The translations under genes were made by a program, and so were the position numbers. 64,000 nucleotides of DNA from Ascoidea asiatica JCM 7603 (taxonomy: Eukaryota; Fungi; Ascomycota), in the NCBI GenBank assembly GCA_001600695.1, contig BCKQ01000009.1, positions 601,846 through 665,845 of the forward strand, in the 5' to 3' direction. The notes under the pieces were generated by a model. It was not told the DNA's origin and made no database searches. It worked only from the letters and a program-made list of their open reading frames with translations. Of this stretch, positions 1 through 9,754 are shown piece by piece. Position 1 is the first letter of the stretch, and each line of letters opens with the position of its first letter.

Positions 1-2408
1 TTATTTGATTGTCCAGATTTTTGTATAATTAAACTATTTTTTAAATTTTTTTCTTCTAAAATTTGTCTTTTTTTATCTTCTTCTATTTTTTTTAATTTTT
101 TTAAATTTTCCATATCTTTTAATTTTAATAATTCTTCATTCTTTAATATGTTTGACTCCTCTAAATTATCTAAATCTTCTGGAGTTTCTAAAGTTTCAGA
201 TCCTTTTTTAGGTATATAAGCTCTTTTATTCTTAACATTTTTTATTTTATTATTAGTTTCAATATTATTTTCAATATCTTCATCTAGTTTATTAATTGAA
301 AATTCATTTTTAAGTACATTATCTAACTCTTTATCTTTTTTGAATTGTTCTCCAGAAATAATGTTTTCTTTTTCATTTTCATTTTCTTTTTCTTTGATTT
401 CTTTTATATCTTTATTATATATTTCATTTTCATCAAAAATACAATTATTCTTAATCTTATCATTATTTAAACATGGATTTAAACTAATACTTTCTGGCAT
501 TAATTCAATTAAATCATAAATCTTTAAACATCCATTTAACAAATCTTTACCAATTTTAAGATCATTTTTATTATTAATTAATTTTGAATAAAATGCAAAC
601 ATACCTCCTGAAAAACATGATTGATGATTAATCTCATTTGATTGATAATATTCATATTCAAGTTTATTTGAGCTTTCATTAATTTTCAAAAATTCTGTTA
701 ATTCTGTTATAAATAATTCATCATTATCTTCATCATTATCACTATTCACTTTAGGCTTTGAAATTTTTGGTAAAATTGGTTTAAAGAACATATAATCTTT
801 AATTTTATCTATGAAAACTTTTGAAGAATTTAAATATTCTGGAATTTTACCATTTAATAAATGATATTGTTTAATAAAAGTAAAATAAATTGAATTTGAA
901 GAATTTGGACCATTTATTGAATAATTTCTTTTAAATTTTGAATAAAATTTTATATTTGATAATTCACAATAAACAAAATTTTTTTTATAAATTGTTTTAA
1001 TTAAATTTTCTAAAAAAATTTTATCATCTTTAATTAATTTTAAATCTTTTTTAGTTATAATTTTACAACCAGAAATATCTAAATAATTTGGTAATAAATT
1101 ATAAGATAATGAATTTGGTTCAAATTTATTTGTAAAATTATTAAAATTAATTAAATTCTTAAAAGTTTTACTAACAAAATTAAAATATATATCATTCTTT
1201 GTTAATTGTGATAATCTAATGAATTCTAATGACATTGTATTAATATCAGAAATTGAAGCAAAATTTGGAGCTAAATTTGAAATCTCAATATCATCTTTAT
1301 TATTCATGTCATTAATATTATTCAAATCATTTATATCATTAATATTATTTATATTATTAAAATTATAATTCAATTTTGGCATGAAATTTGGAGTATCAAA
1401 TATTTCAATTAATAAATCACCTAATTGAATTGCTTTATTTAATAAAATTTCATTATTTGATAAATCGTAAGAAGATAATAAACTACCCAAAGTTCTATTA
1501 ATCAATATTGTGATTAAATTATTATTATTATTATTATTGTTATTAATGTCATTAAAGTTTTTGAATAATAGTTTAGTATTATTGAAATTTAGTTTATTTA
1601 ATTTTTTGAGTGCAAAATTGAATTCATTTTCGAAATTCATTAATATTAAAGAATCTAAGGAATCTATTAAATTTAAAGAAATTTGATTGAAAGGATTATT
1701 TGAATTGAATTTAATGAAATTATTATTATTTAAATTGGATATATAAATACCCTTGAAAACTGATCTAATTTTTTTTAATTTCAATTTATCTTCCTCTTTT
1801 TCTTTAATATAGTCTTTACTATTAATAATTGAATTGAAATCATATTGAATATTTGGATAATCTTTGATATTATAATCAATTTTTGGTAAGGATTCAATAT
1901 TATTACTTTTAATCAATTTCTTAATAAAATTTGATTGCTGATTATCGGATTGTTGACTATTGGAATTTAGATTTAGATTTAGATTCAAACTATTTAAGTT
2001 TAAAGAATCTTTAAGTTTTGGAATTTCTTTTAAAATATCCAGATTTGAATTTATTATTGAATTAACATTTGAAAATGAATTTTTGAAATCTTTCGATATA
2101 TTTTCAGAAGAAGTCTTTAAATTACTCTTTTCTGATTGATCCTTTAGATCATTTTGAATATCTTTAATAGCTTCAATATTTTGTTTCCCCTTCTTATTTT
2201 GAATATTTTGAATATTTGAATTCGTCACTTTTGAAAGATTTTCATTATTATTTTGAATTGATTGTAATTTATCAATTTCATTTATTGATAAAGATAAATT
2301 TTCATTATTTGAAAATGATAAAAAAAAAATAGCTAATAATAAAGAAGTTAAAACTATTAAAAATCTAAATTTTCTTAATCTAGACTTTAAAATATAAAAA
2401 AAAGACAT
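1..2408 (-). CDS. MNL2: GH47 class I alpha-mannosidase-like type II membrane protein (Mnl2-like), 3' end outside window
   Basis: ATG at 2408 reads MSFFYILKSRLRKFRFLIVLTSLLLAIFFLS (signal anchor). Spot-checked segments down to the window edge are all in this frame: LIDSLDSLILM, RTLGSLLSSYDLS, FDTPNFMP, SLEFIRLSQLT, HQSCFSGGM. Missing from the ORF track because no stop lies in the window. Confidence 0.8.
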   Translation of the reverse strand, partial: MSFFYILKSRLRKFRFLIVLTSLLLAIFFLSFSNNENLSLSINEIDKLQSIQNNNENLSKVTNSNIQNIQNKKGKQNIEAIKDIQNDLKDQSEKSNLKTSSENISKDFKNSFSNVNSIINSNLDILKEIPKLKDSLNLNSLNLNLNLNSNSQQSDNQQSNFIKKLIKSNNIESLPKIDYNIKDYPNIQYDFNSIINSKDYIKEKEEDKLKLKKIRSVFKGIYISNLNNNNFIKFNSNNPFNQISLNLIDSLDSLILMNFENEFNFALKKLNKLNFNNTKLLFKNFNDINNNNNNNNNLITILINRTLGSLLSSYDLSNNEILLNKAIQLGDLLIEIFDTPNFMPKLNYNFNNINNINDINDLNNINDMNNKDDIEISNLAPNFASISDINTMSLEFIRLSQLTKNDIYFNFVSKTFKNLINFNNFTNKFEPNSLSYNLLPNYLDISGCKIITKKDLKLIKDDKIFLENLIKTIYKKNFVYCELSNIKFYSKFKRNYSINGPNSSNSIYFTFIKQYHLLNGKIPEYLNSSKVFIDKIKDYMFFKPILPKISKPKVNSDNDEDNDELFITELTEFLKINESSNKLEYEYYQSNEINHQSCFSGGMFAFYSKLINNKNDLKIGKDLLNGCLKIYDLIELMPESISLNPCLNNDKIKNNCIFDENEIYNKDIKEIKEKENENEKENIISGEQFKKDKELDNVLKNEFSINKLDEDIENNIETNNKIKNVKNKRAYIPKKGSETLETPEDLDNLEESNILKNEELLKLKDMENLKKLKKIEEDKKRQILEEKNLKNSLIIQKSGQSN

Positions 2409-2599
2409 TTAAAAATAGTTTTTTTCTTCTGAAATAAGCAAGAATAACTAGAATAATAATAAAAATAAGAATATAGAAGAATTAATACTCAATTCGAGTA
2501 TTAATTGTAAAACAAAAATACTTTAATTGAAGAGTGTTGACTTCTCAAATAAACAATTATCAGAATAAATTAAGGTATTTTTCTATATTCGCCATAAAC

Positions 2600-2940
2600 A
2601 TTGAGTAACACGACCAAAACACAGGCACAACGTAGCAGAAAATAACCGTGGCCGGAATCTAGAGCTAAAAGACACAGCCACTAAGACACAGCCGCGTATT
2701 AGCCACCACGTCCTAAGAGAAGCAGATTCGCACCCTCAATTTATTTAGTTGGTGTCCTAGAAAAGTATCCGTGAAAATGTTCAGAATCCGACTTTGATTT
2801 AAATCCAAAACTAGAAATCCGGACAGCGGATACACAGGAAAAGGAGTCTACCGCGTTCTCTCCCACTCTTTCAGTTGAAACTTAGGGAATTTGAATTAAT
2901 AACACCATAACCACTTCGCTTCTCGCGATTTTAAAAGATC
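2600..2940. promoter_or_regulatory. GC-enriched divergent promoter island between MNL2-like and SHS1
   Basis: Local GC rise between divergent starts; AGACACAGCC twice (~2670, ~2685); several CGCG cores. Confidence 0.5.
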
Positions 2941-3302
2941 CTGAATCAACATGAATTGTGGATTCTGAAATCGATTTTAAAATTGATATTGAAATTGTAT
3001 TAATACTACTGTATTATTGATCTTGATCTTGATTAATACTTCTAAATAACCATAATCTAAGTTTCCTAGAATTCAATTGATTGATTTATCTAATTCCCTT
3101 CGTTTTCTTATCAATTCCACTAGATCATCATATATTACTTACTCAAATAGAATCTTGAAAGAATTCTATCTTATATTTCATTTCATCTTATTTTATCTTA
3201 TTTCAATTCAATTCAATTCAGTTCATTTCATCATATCTCTTTTTAGAATATATTAAATAAATCAAATATCTCAAATAGATTATATAATTAAAGAATTTAA
3301 AA

Positions 3303-4838
3303 ATGAATTTCACTTCTTCTTCTTTATTACGTCGTAAAAAGGATACTAGACGTGGTATTAAATTTTCAATAATGACTGTTGGTCCTTCTGGTGTTGGTAG
3401 AACAACTTTTATAAATACTTTATTAGGTAAAAAAATATTACCACATAAATTTCAACCAATTGGAACTTCTGTAGAAGAACCAAAATTATTATCTCATACA
3501 AGTGTTAAAGGTACTTCTACAATTACAAATCCAATATCTTTTCATAGAGAATTTAATCCACAATTTGCAGATCAACAACCTGGAATTTCAATAACTGAAG
3601 CAAATATTGAATTAATTGATGATGAAAAATTATTATTAACAATTATTGATACTCCTGGCTTTGGTGAAAATATTGATAATGATTTATGTTTTAATGAAAT
3701 AATATCATATTTAAAATCTCAATTTGATAGCGTATTAGCTGAAGAAACAAGAGTTAGAAGAAATCCAAAATTTCAAGACACAAGAGTTCATGTTTGTCTT
3801 TATTTTATTTCTCCAACTGGTCATGGTTTAAGAGAATTAGATGTTGAAACTATTAAAAAATTATCAAAATATGTTAATGTTGTACCTGTAATTACAAGAG
3901 CTGATTCATTTACTGAAGATGAATTATTATCTTTTAAACAAAATATTGTTAATGATATTGAAAGATTTAATGTACCTGTATTCAAATTTACTTATGATGA
4001 TGATGACGATGATCCAGAAACAATTGAAGAAAATAAATATTTACAAAGTCTTCAACCATTTTCTGTTATATGTTCTGAAGATGAATTTTTAATTAATGGT
4101 AAAAATATTCGTGGTAGAAAATATCCTTGGGGTTTTATAGATATTGATAATCCTGATATAAGTGATTTTTCAACTTTGAAAGCAGTTTTATTAGGTTCTC
4201 ATTTACAAGATTTAAAAGATTTGACTCATGATTTTCTTTATGAAAATTATAGAACTGATAAATTAAAATCTGTTCCTGGTGTTAATGATTATGAAAACAG
4301 AGATTCATATATACCTGAACCTCCCTCATTATCTTCTTTAACAAAATTAGCTAATTCAAGAGATACAATTATATTTGATTCTCCTCAAAATTTCAATTTT
4401 GATTCATTTAATGCTGATGATTCTTCTCTTAAAACAAATGATAATACTTATCAATCAAATGAATTAAAACCTCCTGGAACTCCAAATACTTATGGAAGTA
4501 CACCACGTTCATTTTCTGCTAATGCTTCTCCAAATGTTAATAAATCTCAATTAAGAGTTTTATCTGAAACTGTTCCATATGCTATAAAGCATGAAAGAAT
4601 TAGAGCAAAACAAGCTAAATTAGAAGAACTAGAACAATCAACTGCAAAAGAATTATCTGAAAGAGCTGCTGCTTTGGAAGAACGTGCTGCGTTGTTGAGA
4701 GTAAAAGAAGCTGAATTAATGAAACAAGCAGAAAAAGAACAAGAATTAAAAACAAGATTAATGAAACTTCAATATGGTTCAAGTACTAATTTAAGTTCTG
4801 TAAGTGTTAATAATCAAGCTAATAATGATCAAAATTAA
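3303..4838 (+). CDS. SHS1: Septin Shs1/Sep7
   Basis: Septin GTPase motifs (GPSGVGRTT, DTPGFG, TRADS, GRKYPWG) plus Shs1-type KILPHKFQ, EFNP..QPGISIT and SETVPY..HERI..Q.KLEELE coiled coil. Confidence 0.92.
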   Translation: MNFTSSSLLRRKKDTRRGIKFSIMTVGPSGVGRTTFINTLLGKKILPHKFQPIGTSVEEPKLLSHTSVKGTSTITNPISFHREFNPQFADQQPGISITEANIELIDDEKLLLTIIDTPGFGENIDNDLCFNEIISYLKSQFDSVLAEETRVRRNPKFQDTRVHVCLYFISPTGHGLRELDVETIKKLSKYVNVVPVITRADSFTEDELLSFKQNIVNDIERFNVPVFKFTYDDDDDDPETIEENKYLQSLQPFSVICSEDEFLINGKNIRGRKYPWGFIDIDNPDISDFSTLKAVLLGSHLQDLKDLTHDFLYENYRTDKLKSVPGVNDYENRDSYIPEPPSLSSLTKLANSRDTIIFDSPQNFNFDSFNADDSSLKTNDNTYQSNELKPPGTPNTYGSTPRSFSANASPNVNKSQLRVLSETVPYAIKHERIRAKQAKLEELEQSTAKELSERAAALEERAALLRVKEAELMKQAEKEQELKTRLMKLQYGSSTNLSSVSVNNQANNDQN

Positions 4839-6079
4839 TAAATAAGTTTATAAATACTTTTATGCTTACAATAAATGGAAAGGGAGAATTAAAAACTTGA
4901 ATTAGAAAATTTTGCTTAAAGATTTTGAAATAATGATTATTCTTGTTTTTTTTAAAACCTTCTCTTTTTTGGTTATTATTTATAGCTTGTTTAATACCTC
5001 CTTTTCTTTAATTTTTTTTTTGGACTTTTATAGTTAACATTCTTAACCCCATTTTTTCATTATTTTCAATTTACTTGCTTAATGGTTTGTTTGTTTGACT
5101 ACTCAATTCTTATTACTTTTTTTTTTTGCTATTTATTTACTAATTTATTTCATATTATTTTTTCAATATTATTTTTTGTTTCTAATCATAATTCTTAAGT
5201 TATTTTCTGAAATGGTTGTTTTTTTTTTATTGGAGACACTTTAAATTCACTCATCTTAGTCTAGATGTAATTCAGCCGTATTTTGAAAAATTTTATTCAT
5301 TACAAATGTTGATTTTTTGAGATATTCTTTTTTCAGTTACGGTCATGACTGTAATCAGGTTTAAGTAAATATTCATAGGAATATTTAAGAAAACCGGTTA
5401 TTTTATTCAATTATTTTAAATGGAAAAAGCTTATTTTATTAATTCCAAATTTTAATAGTAAAAAGTTACATTCAGTAAATGGATCTTCTGTAACTAAATT
5501 TTTAACAAATTTCTTTTTTTTGAACATTCATAATTTTTTGAATAGGTCTCCGATTTTTCATTGAAAATGTAAATATCTCATTTCATTCTATTCAGCATTT
5601 GCTAATAATTTTTTCAATTGAATAAAGTGAAAGTATAAATAATTACTGGTAAAAGAGTCTTTTTTTGTACATGAAACTCTACCAGAATGTTTTGATTGAT
5701 TCTATTATGATAACTAAAAGTTGTTTTTTCTCTATTTGTAACAAAGTATATTGAAAATATTTTTAATTAAGATCCTGTTTCAAACAACAAAAAAAAAGTA
5801 TCAGTAAAAGTTTTTAATACAAAATTTTTTTGTTTAATTTTACATAATAATTTTGTCTTCATTAATTCATATCTAAGTTAAAAGCATTAAATGGTAATCT
5901 GAGTTGAAATGAAATTGATTATCTAAACTTATCAATCATTACTACTGAAATAACCATACTAGCCCAATAGCACAAAAACTTCATTCTCCATTTGATTAAT
6001 TTTCACATTAATTTGGATTAATGTCAACAAATTGAATAATTTTATAAAGGGAATCACAGTACTAACTAGTGCTGCTTTC

Positions 6080-7330
6080 AGTCTATTATTTGTTTTTAAT
6101 TAATATCTGTTTCAGAATCTTAAGATTTACTACATCAATTAGTTTTTCAGTAATTTCTGGTTGCAATAAATCGATAAATAATCTTTCAAATTCAAAAGAT
6201 TTACCATGGAAAATAGGTTATGAAGAAATTGAGTGTAGATCTCAAATATGAAATAAAGAATTTTGTCGGCAAATTTACCTTCATCATCATCAAATTATCC
6301 AACAAACTTCAGCAACCATACCTTCTCTTACAGACTTACCAAAAGTTATAGGTTCGGTGAAAATTTATTTAAATTTATTCTATTTAAGATTTCAAAGAAA
6401 CTAATTTTGGGAATTTACTCTCAGGCCACTTTTAATCCTAATTTGATTAAATTTCTTGAATTTTTGCCTAAATGTGCCTAATGAGGTCAAATTCGAGTAA
6501 ACTATAAAAATATATTAAAAAAGTTGTCACGTTCCTATGATGACGGAACTGAAAATTGTTCACGGATTTATAACTTAAATCTCAAACAAGTATTTTCTTT
6601 GAGGATTGTCTTGTTATTAGTGAATTTAAATCCTAATGTTACCTGTCCCAGAATCAAGCTACAGAACTTACCAACAACAGAATCTTGGAAACACAAAATA
6701 TTATTGGTGATAAATAAAGGTTGCCAAATGGTTTTCAAACGCAACTAATCTAAATTTTTTTTTTAGTGCATGTCAAACTCCTTCCATGACTGGGAATTGA
6801 ATCAAAGTATCTCAGAAATGTTCAAACTTTTTAATAGCAGGTTAACATTGCCACTCAGGTGCTTCTTTTATATGCAGTACATTTATCAGTAGAATTATCA
6901 CCATCCAATTGGTTTTAGGCCCTACAACAAATCAGTGAATTTGAATACGTTTCTGAGTACAGTTCTAACTGGAATTAAATGAGCTTGGCAATTTAAGACG
7001 AAATTAAACGGGTAGAAGCATGATAATTTAAATTTCTAGCTAATTCCAAATTTTATGAGATCTCTAATACTTTGTAACATTTGCTACACCAATATATGGG
7101 TACAAAACAATATGGATAAAGAGATTTTTATAAGGGCTGTTATCGTTCACTTCAAAGTATTTGGCAATATTAGTATTGAACAAGCAATTAACTGTACAAA
7201 AGCAACTCTATTTGTAAGGTGTTAATTACTAAAACGTTATGTGGAACGTTAAAAGAAACGTTTAAAGGAACTTTAAAGGAAGGTTAAATGGGACGCTAAC
7301 TGGGACGTTAACCACAACGTTAATTGAATT
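6080..7330 (-). pseudogene. Heavily decayed coding relic of unknown family (boundaries approximate)
   Basis: Minus-strand protein-like fragments (NIAKYFEVNDNSPYKNLFIHIVLYPYIGV; PIFHGKSFEFERLFIDLLQPEITEKLIDVVNLK) broken by stops and frameshifts, preceded by a 4-codon repeat. Confidence 0.3.
7231..7326. repeat. Degenerate 12-bp tandem repeat, ~8 units (GGAACGTTAAAN-like)
   Basis: CG cores at 7235, 7247, 7259, 7294, 7306, 7318; one 11-bp unit. Confidence 0.75.
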
Positions 7331-8419
7331 TTACTACTAGAAATTTAATTGGATTTTATTTGGACGATAAACGTAAGTGTTCAGTCAAAGCTTATGCTGG
7401 GTACACATTTGGAGGACTAATTCAGCATCACCTTACAATGGGCCGGTAATCTGATTAATTATGTGTAGTTTTATAAATTAATCAAGTCAACTACTAATAT
7501 CAACTTGGCTAACATGAATAAATTGAGATTTTTAAAACTCAGTACATTTGAATGCACACTTATTTCCAAATGTACTGTTTCAAAAATATACCGTACCATT
7601 CTTTCAGTGCTTTTAAGTATCGTTGTGGTACGCGCGACAAAAATATTCATGATAGCCTATCTAAAAGTGATTAGCATGTAACAGAAATTATTCTAGTGTT
7701 TCTTTAGTAATATTTTAAAAAATTTCCAGTAATATTCAATAATGTTTCAGTGAAAATTCTATGGTATTAAAGTAAGTCATACTAATGTACCTAAAGATTT
7801 TCACAGTCGCTTGTTTTCTAGTCAATTAGATGATTCAAATTTCACATTTAATAAAGCACGACCTTTGATGAATTTCATTTTCAAGTAATTAATCTAGTAC
7901 GACCAGTCGCCCATTTCTAAGAGAAACTAATTTTCTTTTTTCCTGTAAATCAAATCAACAATATTGCTAGTTTTTTTTTTGAATTTGAAGTGGTCTAAAT
8001 GATATTTTAAATGGGGATTGGATTACATATTTAACATAGAGAAAATCAACGGGCTTAAACAATTTCCCACTTTTAATGATTACCAAAGAAAAATGAAAAA
8101 TCAATCACTTAAACTAAAGGGATGAAAGGAATTTATTTGAATTTGAATTTTTAAATAAAAGCATCCCATATTATGTCAGAAAAATTGACTTTGCTTAAAG
8201 AAATTTTAATAAATAAAAATTGTATTGTAAAAAAAAAATATGAGTAATGAGTACACTAAAAAAAATTTATATATCTTCAGAGAAAGTAAATTTTCAAAAC
8301 TGAATTTAAAAAGCATAATGAAATAATAAAAATAAATAAAAAAAAGAAAATTATATAGTATAAACATTAGAATTGAAAAAGAATTAAAAATTTTAGCTTT
8401 AATTTATATTTGTGATTAT

Positions 8420-9754
8420 TTATATATTTACTTCTTCACAGAGTAACTTTTTCAAATATGAACAATGTTTTTCAGTTATATGAAGAACAAATTCTTTGCC
8501 ACTCATTTTATCTTTGCAATAATTACAATGACCTGGATAATCTAATTTGGGATTTAAATTTGCTTCTTTTTTACCATTTGTATCATTGAAGGTAAAATGG
8601 TTATTTAATAAATGTTTTTTATAATCATATGGTCTATTGAATCTACCTGTAGAATGCGAACACATTTTAAGATTATTTATTTTATCTTTTCTATGAAAAA
8701 GACATTTGAATCTTGGACTTTTATCATGAATTCTAATATGACGTTTTAAATCTCTATTAAAAACCTTATGACAAACTGGACATGTTTTATCATCTTTACC
8801 AGCTAAAGATCTTGATCTTCTTGAAGATTTTAAATGATAAGTTGAAGAACCTAAAGATATACTAGATGATGGCAAAGAAACTGCTCTTAATTTATTCTGT
8901 TGAATAAAATTAATATTATTTAGATTTTCAGGGATAGAGTTAATTTGAAATTGAGGATATTGAGAACCTTGGAGATTGAAATAATCTAAATTTTGAACTG
9001 ATGCTAAATTTAATAAATTATTAGTTGGTGTAATTGGAGATTCACTCATTTCAGTATTGGGTGTTGAGCAAAAAGAAGAAGAATCTGAAAAAGAACTTAA
9101 AGGACTTGGAACCTCTAAATTTTGAGAAACTTGATTATATGAATTATTATCATATATTTGATTTGCAAAAGAATTTGGATATTGAAATGAATTCAATAAA
9201 ACATTATCAGAATTTGAATTATTGATTAAATTTGAGTTTTCTATATATCCAGTAAATAAATTATGAACTAAATCTTGATTTTCATTAGAAGTTAAATTTT
9301 CTATATGAGATAAATTATTTTTTATCATTGTATTATTGAAAAGTTCCGTTTCAATTTCTGAAAAACTATTAGGTTTTTCAATTATTTGTTTATCTATAAT
9401 ATTATTTTGAGATTCAACTTTATTATCATTGAAGGAAGTTAACATTTGCAAAGGAAATTGATTATTTTGAAATATCTGATCAGGTTGAGCTTGTTGGTTA
9501 ATTTGTTGTTGAAAAACTTGTTGAATTTGTGGTTGAAGTGCATTATTTTGAATAATTGCTGAAAATTGTTTTGGAAATAAACCTTGTTGAAATTGATTTT
9601 GATAGTGTAATTGAGATTGTTGCTGATCACTAAAACAAGGTATAGGTATTAATGGATAATTCATAACCATATTCTGATTTTGTTGAACAGGAAAATTAAT
9701 TGGGTCAACAAATTGATCAGAGTTTACTTGAGAAGAATTAATAACTTGATTCAT
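8420..9754 (-). CDS. C2H2 zinc-finger transcription factor with Q/N-rich N-terminus, Stp1-4-like finger architecture
   Basis: CPVCHKVFNRDLKRHIRIH, atypical C-x13-C..FNRPYDYKKHLLNNH, and CNYC..HITEKHC; 444 aa ORF with host codon usage. Confidence 0.85.
   Translation of the reverse strand: MNQVINSSQVNSDQFVDPINFPVQQNQNMVMNYPLIPIPCFSDQQQSQLHYQNQFQQGLFPKQFSAIIQNNALQPQIQQVFQQQINQQAQPDQIFQNNQFPLQMLTSFNDNKVESQNNIIDKQIIEKPNSFSEIETELFNNTMIKNNLSHIENLTSNENQDLVHNLFTGYIENSNLINNSNSDNVLLNSFQYPNSFANQIYDNNSYNQVSQNLEVPSPLSSFSDSSSFCSTPNTEMSESPITPTNNLLNLASVQNLDYFNLQGSQYPQFQINSIPENLNNINFIQQNKLRAVSLPSSSISLGSSTYHLKSSRRSRSLAGKDDKTCPVCHKVFNRDLKRHIRIHDKSPRFKCLFHRKDKINNLKMCSHSTGRFNRPYDYKKHLLNNHFTFNDTNGKKEANLNPKLDYPGHCNYCKDKMSGKEFVLHITEKHCSYLKKLLCEEVNI

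Noticed and set aside
6060-6069. TACTAACTAG on the plus strand as an intron 3' end
   Set aside because: No nearby canonical donor and no credible downstream exon.
7231-7326. Repeat arrays as CRISPR-like or telomeric
   Set aside because: Eukaryotic context, no repeat-spacer structure, no cas genes; units are degenerate and internal.
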